The notes under the pieces are model-generated. The model was given only the letters and a program-made list of their open reading frames with translations. It did no database searches and was not told where the DNA came from. 64,000 bases of DNA from Planctomycetota bacterium (GTDB lineage Bacteria > Planctomycetota > UBA1135 > GCA-002686595): NCBI GenBank assembly GCA_029212845.1, contig JARGPD010000003.1, forward strand, positions 3,417 through 67,416, given 5' to 3'. The translations under genes and the position numbers were made by a program. This document shows, piece after piece, positions 1 to 6,924 of the stretch. Numbering within the stretch: the stretch's first letter is position 1; every line of letters starts with the position of its first letter.

Positions 1-388
1 CGCAGTCGCCACAGATCTCGGAGTGCTCCTCGTGGGGCACGAAGTCGTGGATCTCGACGCCCGCCGCGAAGGTGCCCTGGGTCAGGCGCGTGGTCGCGGA
101 CAGGGCCACGAGGCCGGGGTAGACGCGCATGCCATGGGCGTCGACAGTCTCGCAGCCGTCGGGCAGGATCAGCTCGTAGCCGATCTCCTCGATCTTGCCG
201 TTCTTGGAGAGCAGGGTGGCGCCGCGCAGCACCTCGCCGGTGCCGGCGAAGATGTCTCCGCCGACGATGGCCAGGTAGCTGTCCTCTTCGTGGTCGTCGG
301 CAAGCAGGGCCAGGCTCGGCGCGGCGAAGGAGAGGGCGAGGCTGAGGCCGAGGGCCCCGCCGATGAGTTGCTTCTTCATGGTCTTCAT
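1..388 (-). CDS. Amidohydrolase-fold paralog, N-terminal part only (gene runs off left edge); secreted; HxH position degenerate
   Basis: Absent from the ORF track because there is no stop in the window. My reverse-complement translation from the ATG at 386-388 reads MKTMKKQLIGGALGLSLALSFAAPSLALLADDHEEDSYLAIVGGDIFAGTGEVLRGATLLSKNGKIEEIGYELILPDGCETVDAHGMRVYPGLVALSATTRL. This is a signal peptide followed by the same N-terminal pattern as the ten preceding genes. It starts 12 nt after the stop of 401..1681. Confidence 0.6.
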   Translation of the reverse strand, partial: MKTMKKQLIGGALGLSLALSFAAPSLALLADDHEEDSYLAIVGGDIFAGTGEVLRGATLLSKNGKIEEIGYELILPDGCETVDAHGMRVYPGLVALSATTRLTQGTFAAGVEIHDFVPHEEHSEICGDC

Positions 389-400
389 CACTGGTTCCAC

Positions 401-1681
401 CTACTGGGCCGAGGCCTCTTCCACGAAGTCGCCGGCGTGCATCACCGCCTTCAGGTTGGTCGATGCTTGGAAGGGATCGCCGTCGAAGAACAACATCGTC
501 GCCTCCTTGCCGGCGCCGAGGCTCCCGACGGTCTCGTCCACACCGAGCAGGACGGCCGGCTCGTGGGTCATCGCGGCCAGGGCCGCCTGGGGGTCCATGC
601 CGCGCTTGACGAGGTGCCCGACGTGCTGGCGCCACTTCTCCTGGTTGCCCAGGTCGTCGCCGTTGGGGATGAACACGACGCGCGCACCAGCGCGGTCGAG
701 CTCGGCCGGGATGTTGCGCTCGCGCGCGGTCCAGGGCATCAGGGTCAGGCGCGGCTCAACGACGACCTGGCGCTCGTCGGCACCGAGCTTCTCGGCGACC
801 TCGTACAGATCGATGTCGTTGCGCAGCGGCACGCGCATGGACCAGCTGATCTGCTCCTCGCCGAGGGCGTCGATCAGGTGCAGGTAGTCGCCCGCCTTGC
901 GGATCGAGAACATCGCGCTGAGCTCGCCTTCGCGAAGGTCGAGGAAGGCGGCGGCCTCGTCGCTGGGATCGGGCTCGACGAAGTCACCCGGGTCGACGGG
1001 CTCCTTCTTCTTGGCCTTCTCTTCGTCGTCGTACTTCTTCCACTTCTTCAGCTCGTCGTCGTACTTCTCCTTCGCCTTCTCGTGCTTCTCACGGGCTTCG
1101 GTGACCTTCTCGAGGTGCTTGTCAGCCTCCTCGAAACCATCGCGCAGGGTCTTCTTCGCCTTGCTGTTCGACTCCATCAAGATCTTGAGGTACGCGCCCT
1201 CGCGCACCAGCATGGACTCGCGCGAGTCGCCGGCGGTCGAGACCACCACCGCCTGCCCGGGAATCTGGTTGCCGGGGGGGTACAGACCGAGGGTCGTCAC
1301 GCCAGCCTCGAGCAGCTCGCCGTAGATCGGCTGGCGCGGGTACAGCTCGGTCGAGGCCTGCACACCGGGCTGGGTCCCGCTGCCGCCGCTGCTAGACATG
1401 CCAGCGCGGGAGTAGCAGTTGACGAAGCCCGGCGTCACCACCCAGTCAGGACGATCGATCACGCGGATGCCGCGCTCGATCTCGAGGTCCTGGCCGATCG
1501 TGATGATCTTGCCGTTCTCGATCAGGATGACCGCATGCTCGATCGTGCCCTGGGAGACCGTCTCGGCACGGCCCACGCGGAGGGCGAACAGGTCGGGGGT
1601 GGGGCTCGCCGGAGCGGCGAGGAGCGGTGCTTGCGTCCCAAGGACACAGGCCAAGCCAACAAGGAGGTTTCGCATCTTCAT
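401..1681 (-). CDS. Secreted amidohydrolase-fold protein, HxH lost (PGFVNCYSRAGM), with a Lys/Glu-rich insertion
   Basis: Signal peptide MKMRNLLVGLACVLGTQAPLLAAPA. N-terminal GKIITIG...PGFV entry motif and C-terminal GSLGAGKEATMLFF strand. Charged insertion EKHEKAKEKYDDELKKWKKYDDEEKAKKKE. Confidence 0.8.
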   Translation of the reverse strand: MKMRNLLVGLACVLGTQAPLLAAPASPTPDLFALRVGRAETVSQGTIEHAVILIENGKIITIGQDLEIERGIRVIDRPDWVVTPGFVNCYSRAGMSSSGGSGTQPGVQASTELYPRQPIYGELLEAGVTTLGLYPPGNQIPGQAVVVSTAGDSRESMLVREGAYLKILMESNSKAKKTLRDGFEEADKHLEKVTEAREKHEKAKEKYDDELKKWKKYDDEEKAKKKEPVDPGDFVEPDPSDEAAAFLDLREGELSAMFSIRKAGDYLHLIDALGEEQISWSMRVPLRNDIDLYEVAEKLGADERQVVVEPRLTLMPWTARERNIPAELDRAGARVVFIPNGDDLGNQEKWRQHVGHLVKRGMDPQAALAAMTHEPAVLLGVDETVGSLGAGKEATMLFFDGDPFQASTNLKAVMHAGDFVEEASAQ

Positions 1682-1696
1682 GGTCGAGTCAGGAAA

Positions 1697-2959
1697 TCAG
1701 AACCACTGACCATCGTGGGTCCGCTGGTATTGAACTTCGCCGTCGATGACGACGACCTCCGCGCGGGTGCGCGGGTCGAGAGGATCGCCGGTCCAGATCA
1801 CGAGGTCAGCATCCTTGCCGACCTCGAGGCTGCCGACGCGATCCTCGATCCCGAAGGTCCGGGCAGGGTGGATCGTGAGGGCCTTCAACATCGTGTACGC
1901 ATCCGCCCCGTGGTGGACCGAGACCGAACCCTGGAGGAAGAGCTCCTCCTGGGGGATCACGGGTGCGTCCGTGTTGAGTGAGAACAGAGGCACGCCGGCC
2001 TCCACGTAGGCCGCAGAGGTGCCGACGATGCGACCCTCCTTCATGCCTAGGTTGAAGTTGAACGTGCGCGGGCCGTGGTTGACGGGCACGCCCATCGACG
2101 CCACGTAGTCGGCCGTGTACCAGCCATCGAAGCTCCCGTGGCTGACGGCGCAGCGCGTGTCGTAGCGGCCCTTCCACATGCGCACGGTGCTGGCGACGCC
2201 CTCGTTGCCCGCACAGTGGATCAGCACCGGCAGCTCGCCGGCGTGGATGCGTGTCAGGTTGGCGAGGGCCGGGTCGAAGCTGCCGGTGTCACGCGCCTGC
2301 ACGGCGCGGTCGTTGACCTCTTCGAGCAGCCAGCCGAGGCCAGCGCGCGTGGCGCCGATGTCCCCGGCGCGCCGCTCGGGGTTGTGGGTCTGGGCGACCT
2401 TCATGCCGCCCGGATCGGCGAGCACGGCGCCCTCGTAGGTCGACTCGGTCTTGGTCTTCAGCAGCACGCCGAAGCCCGAGATGCTGGTGCCGCTGCCGGG
2501 GATGCCGAAGATCGTCGTCACGCCCGCCGCGCAGGCACGGCGCACGTTCGGGTTGCCGGCGACGATCGTCGGGCGCGTCGAGAACTCGTGGTTGGTCGGC
2601 ATCACCATGTCGTTGGTGTCGCCCCAGCCGCCGGCGTGGATGTGCGAGTGCAGGTCGATGAAGCCGGGCGTGACCCAGGCCTCATCGAGCTCGATCGACT
2701 CGAAGCCCGCGGGCACGTCGATCGGCGCGCCCACGTAGGTGATGTCGCCGTTCTCGACCAGCAGCATGCCCGGGTCGAGGATCGTGTCGCCGGCGTTCAT
2801 CGTCAGCACACGCCCACAGCGGATCGCCAGGGAGGGTGTCGCGACCGGCGCGTTGTGGATCTCGATCGGACGCACGTCGGCGTACGCATCGCCGGTGCCG
2901 GAGACGCCGGGGACCAAGGTGCTGGCGACCAGCAGGGTCAAGCTCGTGAGGGCTGCCAT
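1697..2959 (-). CDS. Secreted amidohydrolase (COG1228-like), metal ligands intact
   Basis: Signal peptide present. Motifs PGFIDLHSHIHAGG (HxH), VLIHCAG, VSHGSFDG, NTDAPV and GSLEVGKDADLVIW. Confidence 0.9.
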   Translation of the reverse strand: MAALTSLTLLVASTLVPGVSGTGDAYADVRPIEIHNAPVATPSLAIRCGRVLTMNAGDTILDPGMLLVENGDITYVGAPIDVPAGFESIELDEAWVTPGFIDLHSHIHAGGWGDTNDMVMPTNHEFSTRPTIVAGNPNVRRACAAGVTTIFGIPGSGTSISGFGVLLKTKTESTYEGAVLADPGGMKVAQTHNPERRAGDIGATRAGLGWLLEEVNDRAVQARDTGSFDPALANLTRIHAGELPVLIHCAGNEGVASTVRMWKGRYDTRCAVSHGSFDGWYTADYVASMGVPVNHGPRTFNFNLGMKEGRIVGTSAAYVEAGVPLFSLNTDAPVIPQEELFLQGSVSVHHGADAYTMLKALTIHPARTFGIEDRVGSLEVGKDADLVIWTGDPLDPRTRAEVVVIDGEVQYQRTHDGQWF

Positions 2960-4266
2960 TAGAAGAGGCGCTCCTCGCGGGCGTCGTAGGACAGCTCGCC
3001 GTTGACGTAGACGCGAGTGACCGCCGAGCGCGGGTCCGCCGGGTGGCCGTCGAGCACCACGATGTCGGCGTCCTTGCCGGCCTCGAGACTGCCCACGCGG
3101 TGGTCGATGCCAGCCACCTCGGCGGGCACGATCGTCAAGCCGCGGACCACCTCGCCCGCTTCATCGCGGAAGCCGAAGCGCGCGCCCATGGCGCCCTGCA
3201 GGGCCAGCTCCTCGGCCGGCACCACCGGGGCGTCGGTGTTGAAGCCGATGTCGGTCATGCCGCGGCGCTGGTACTCGGCCGCGACTCCCATGATCGCGCC
3301 GTCGGTGTCGATGCCGCGACCCTTGGTCTGCATGTTGATCGAGCGCGGGCCGAGGATCGCCGGGACGTCGAGCTCGAGCGCCCGGCCGGTGGCCTTGTAG
3401 CCGTCGAAGGTGCCGTGGTCGATGAACACGTCGAGACCGAACTCGCCCTTCATGATGTTCATCGAGGCCAGCACGACCTGGTGCACCTGGGTGTGCGTCG
3501 AGATCTGGGCCGCGCCCGAGTAGAGCGCGCGGAAAACCTCGAACTGCGGGTTCACCTCGGGGGCGGGCTCGTCCTTGCCCCAGTCGCCGGCCTCGTAGGC
3601 GGCCCAGGTCTTGGCGTAGGCGACGCCGCGGGTGAACGCCTCGCGCACGGTCCAGTTCAGCATGATGCGGTTCATGCCGTACCCCCAGCGCTTGGGGTTG
3701 TCTGCCTGGGCGACCTTGAGCGAGCCCGGGTCGCGCACGACCATGTCCTCGTAGCTGGTCGGAGCGGTCTTGAGCAGGATGCCCTCACCGCCGAGGTTCG
3801 TGGCGCTGCCGGGGATGTAGAGGATCGTGGTCACGCCGCCGGCCAGGGCGCGCCGCAGGTTGGCGTTGCCGGGGACGACGGTGCACTTCACGCGCAGGCC
3901 GGGGTTGGCCTGGTAGACCGCGTCGTTGTATCCGCGACCTGCGATGTGGCTGTGCAGGTCGATCATGCCGGGCATCAGCCAGCTGTCGCCGAGGTCCTCG
4001 AGCTCGTAGCCCTCGGGCACCTCGACGTCGCGCGGCAGGACCGCCTCGATGCGGCCGTCGCGGCTGAGCACGGTGCCGTGGTCAACGACGGTCTGCTCGC
4101 CGTCGCTGCTGCACACCAGCACCTTGGCGGCGCGCAGGGCGAGGCCCGGGGACGTGTCCCCCACCGGCTCCTGGGCGCCCATGCAGGTCCCCGCGCCCGC
4201 AGCCCAGAGGGCAGCGGCGCCGAAGACTCCGAGGGGCGCTCGGAGGATGGAGACGGTGGCGGTCAT
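2959..4266 (-). CDS. Secreted amidohydrolase, metal ligands intact
   Basis: Motifs PGMIDLHSHIAGRG, ISTHTQ, IDHGTFDG, NTDAPV and GSLEAGKDADIVVL. Signal peptide present. Its stop overlaps the next gene's start by 1 nt (TAATG at 2957-2961). Confidence 0.9.
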   Translation of the reverse strand: MTATVSILRAPLGVFGAAALWAAGAGTCMGAQEPVGDTSPGLALRAAKVLVCSSDGEQTVVDHGTVLSRDGRIEAVLPRDVEVPEGYELEDLGDSWLMPGMIDLHSHIAGRGYNDAVYQANPGLRVKCTVVPGNANLRRALAGGVTTILYIPGSATNLGGEGILLKTAPTSYEDMVVRDPGSLKVAQADNPKRWGYGMNRIMLNWTVREAFTRGVAYAKTWAAYEAGDWGKDEPAPEVNPQFEVFRALYSGAAQISTHTQVHQVVLASMNIMKGEFGLDVFIDHGTFDGYKATGRALELDVPAILGPRSINMQTKGRGIDTDGAIMGVAAEYQRRGMTDIGFNTDAPVVPAEELALQGAMGARFGFRDEAGEVVRGLTIVPAEVAGIDHRVGSLEAGKDADIVVLDGHPADPRSAVTRVYVNGELSYDAREERLF

Positions 4267-4273
4267 CGGGGCT

Positions 4274-5599
4274 CTAGTACTCGCGCTTCTCCTCGGCGTC
4301 GTAGACCAGGTGGCCTTCGATCCAGACGCGCTCGACGGCCGAGCGGGGGTCAGCGGGGTGGCCGGTGATCTGCAGGATGTCGGCGTGCTTGCCGACCTCG
4401 AGGCTGCCGGTCTCGTGGCTGATGTTGGCGATGCGCGCGGGGATGATCGTCAGCCCGCGCACGGCCTGCATGGCCTCATCGCGGAAGCCATGGCGCACGG
4501 CGACGGTCGCCTGCAGCTGCAGCTCCTCCTGGGGCATCACGGGGGCGTCGGTGTTGAAGCCGATGTCCTTCACGCCCGCGTCCTGATAGCCCACCGCGGT
4601 ACCGCGCCAGCCTTCGTGTTGGATGTTCTGGGACCAGCCCATGAAGCCGCGCGAGGGAGCGTCCACGTTGCGCGGGCCCAGCTGGGCGGCGACGTCGAGG
4701 CGCTTGATCTCGGAGCCGAGCCGCCAGGCGCCGATCGTGCCGTGGTCGATGAACAGGGGCAGGCTCAGCTCCTCCACGACCATCGAGAGGGACTCTGCGA
4801 CCACCTGGTAGATCTGGGTGTGGGCTGAGATCTGCGCCATGTGGGGCACAAGCCAGCGGAACACCTCGAACTGCAGGTCGATGTCCGGCTCGGGACCGGT
4901 GCCGTCCTCGAAGGCCTGCCAGAGCTGGGCGTAGGCGACGCCGCGCTTGAGGGTCTCGCGCGTGTGGTAGTTCATGAAGCTGCGGGCGACACCCCAGGCG
5001 TAGCGCTCGGGGTTGCCCGATTGCGCCAGCTTCATCGAGCCCGGGTTGCGGATCTCCATCGACTCGTAGTCGTGGAGCCCCGTCTTCAGCAGCACGCCCT
5101 GGCCACCGATGTTCGAGCCGGAGCCCGGGATGAACAGGATCGAGGTGACGCCGGCGGCGACGGCGCGGGTCAGGTTCGGGTTGCGCGGCACCACGGCGGT
5201 CGAAGCGCGCACGCCGGGGTTGGTCAGGTAGACCGTGTCGTTGATGTCGAAGCTGCCCGCGACGTGGGAGTGCAGGTCGATCATGCCCGGCATGAGCCAG
5301 TCGCTACCGAGGTCGTGGACCTCGTAGCCCTCGGGGACCTCGAGCGTGCCGCGGCGTCCGATCGCCTCGATGCGGCCGCCACTCAAGAGGATCACGCCAT
5401 GGTCGATCACCTCGGGACCCTGCTCGGCGCAGGTCAGGATCTTGGCGGCAAAGAGCGCCTGCTTGACCTCGGGCACGACCTCGTCGGCACGCGTGACCGG
5501 CTTCGCCGACGGCGGGTTCTGCACACCAACGGGCTCGTCTCCCAGAGCAATGGGAGCGACGAGACCTGCTAGGAGGAGTCCGGTAAGGGGGGCTTTCAT
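4274..5599 (-). CDS. Secreted amidohydrolase, metal ligands intact
   Basis: The track ORF 4274..6649 is over-extended. The plausible start is the ATG at 5597-5599, giving MKAPLTGLLLAGLVAPIALG (signal peptide). Motifs PGMIDLHSHVAGS, ISAHTQ, IDHGTIGA, NTDAPV and GSLEVGKHADILQI. Confidence 0.85.
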   Translation of the reverse strand: MKAPLTGLLLAGLVAPIALGDEPVGVQNPPSAKPVTRADEVVPEVKQALFAAKILTCAEQGPEVIDHGVILLSGGRIEAIGRRGTLEVPEGYEVHDLGSDWLMPGMIDLHSHVAGSFDINDTVYLTNPGVRASTAVVPRNPNLTRAVAAGVTSILFIPGSGSNIGGQGVLLKTGLHDYESMEIRNPGSMKLAQSGNPERYAWGVARSFMNYHTRETLKRGVAYAQLWQAFEDGTGPEPDIDLQFEVFRWLVPHMAQISAHTQIYQVVAESLSMVVEELSLPLFIDHGTIGAWRLGSEIKRLDVAAQLGPRNVDAPSRGFMGWSQNIQHEGWRGTAVGYQDAGVKDIGFNTDAPVMPQEELQLQATVAVRHGFRDEAMQAVRGLTIIPARIANISHETGSLEVGKHADILQITGHPADPRSAVERVWIEGHLVYDAEEKREY

Positions 5600-5628
5600 G
5601 GCGGAGGGCCCGATGGGGCCCGGCTGGG

Positions 5629-6924
5629 TCACTGGATGTGCCGGCCTTCGATGAAGACCTTGGAGATGCGCGAGCGCGGGTCGGCGGGGTGCCCGCTGAT
5701 CACCACGATGTCGGCGTGCTTGCCGACCTCGAGGCTCCCGACCACGTCGTCGATCCCGGCCGCGATGGCCGGGTTGATCGTCAGGCCACGGACGGCCTCC
5801 ATGTTCGAATCGTCGAGGCCGAAGTGGACCGCCATGGCGGCCTGCATCGTGTACTCCTCGTCCATGATCACCGGCGAGTCGGTGTTGAAGCCGATCACCT
5901 TGTGGCCCGCCTGCTGGTAGCCGGCGGCGACGCCGCGGAAGCCCTCGGCCTCGATGTGGCCAGCCCACTGCATGAAGCCGCGCGCGGGCGCGTCGACGTT
6001 GCGGGGACCGAGCATCGCGGGGACGCCCAGCTCCTGGGCCAGGCCGCCGAGGCGCCAGGCCCCGATCGTGCCGTGGTCGATGTACAGGTCGAGGCCAAAC
6101 TCCTGGGTCACCATGGTCAGCGACTCGAGCACGACCTGGTAGATCTGCGTGTGGGCCGACACCTGGGTACGCTTGGCCAAGAGGTCGCGGAACAGCTCCC
6201 ACTGGATGTCGATCTCGGGCTCCTCGCCGCCGTTCTTCTCGAAGTCGGCCCAGCGGTGCGCGTACTCGAGACCGCGCTCGAAGGTGTTGCGCGTGTGCCA
6301 GTTCATGAAGCTGCGGGCCACGCCCCAGGCGAAGCGCTCGGGGTTGCCCGACTGGGCCAGCTTCAAAGAGCCAGGGTTGCGAACCTCGCAGTCCTCGTAC
6401 TTGTCGAAGCCAGTCTTGAGCAGGACACCGGCGCCGCCCATGTTCGAGCCCGAGCCCGGGATGTAGAGCACGCTGGTCACACCAACCCGCGCTGCGCCCA
6501 TGGAGGACTTGTTGCCCGGCGTGACCGCCGAGGAGGCGCGCAGGCCGGGGTTGGTCAGGTAGACCGTGTCGTTCAGGTCGTTGACGCCCGAGTACAGGGA
6601 CTCGCCCGACTCGTGGGTGTGCAGGTCGATGAAGCCCGGCGATAGCCACCTCTCACCGAGGTCCTCGAACACCCGCCCACCCTCGGCGGGCGGCAGGTCG
6701 GCCAGCTTGCCGACGAAGGTGATGCGGCCGTCGCGGATGGCGAGGACGCCGTTGTCGACGACGCCCGCGGGGCCCTCGGCCGCAGTCAGGATCTTGCGCG
6801 CCTCGAGCACCAGCTCGGGCCCGCCGACTTCACCCGCGACCGGCGCGTCCACGGCCACCCCACCCAACGCCACGGGGGCGGCGAGCAGGAGTGCCGGGAA
6901 GAGCCCTGGAAGCAGCGGGGCCAT
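5629..6924 (-). CDS. Secreted amidohydrolase, metal ligands intact
   Basis: The track ORF 5629..7311 is over-extended. The start is the ATG at 6922-6924, giving MAPLLPGLFPALLLAAPVALG. Motifs PGFIDLHTHESGES, VSAHTQ, IDHGTIGA, NTDSPV and GSLEVGKHADIVVI. The start overlaps the upstream stop (TGATG). Confidence 0.85.
   Translation of the reverse strand: MAPLLPGLFPALLLAAPVALGGVAVDAPVAGEVGGPELVLEARKILTAAEGPAGVVDNGVLAIRDGRITFVGKLADLPPAEGGRVFEDLGERWLSPGFIDLHTHESGESLYSGVNDLNDTVYLTNPGLRASSAVTPGNKSSMGAARVGVTSVLYIPGSGSNMGGAGVLLKTGFDKYEDCEVRNPGSLKLAQSGNPERFAWGVARSFMNWHTRNTFERGLEYAHRWADFEKNGGEEPEIDIQWELFRDLLAKRTQVSAHTQIYQVVLESLTMVTQEFGLDLYIDHGTIGAWRLGGLAQELGVPAMLGPRNVDAPARGFMQWAGHIEAEGFRGVAAGYQQAGHKVIGFNTDSPVIMDEEYTMQAAMAVHFGLDDSNMEAVRGLTINPAIAAGIDDVVGSLEVGKHADIVVISGHPADPRSRISKVFIEGRHIQ

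Noticed and set aside
23-1981. A 652-aa plus-strand ORF, and many similar ones across 1-15 kb (for example 3043..4368, 5638..6645, 7662..9884, 9559..11244, 12872..14212, 13702..15078).
   Set aside because: They run antisense to genes with clear amidohydrolase motifs. The translations are Arg/Gly/Ala/His/Asp-rich with no motifs, which is typical of shadow ORFs in very GC-rich DNA.
4274-6649. Over-long 5' extensions of real genes in the track (4274..6649, 5629..7311, 21402..23393, 25109..27223, 37779..39761, 39131..40648, 42022..44259, 55010..56191, 57479..59524).
   Set aside because: The extensions overlap the preceding gene and translate to Arg/Pro/Gly-rich junk. Internal starts give proper signal peptides or canonical N-termini, for example MCGFIGIYG for PurF.
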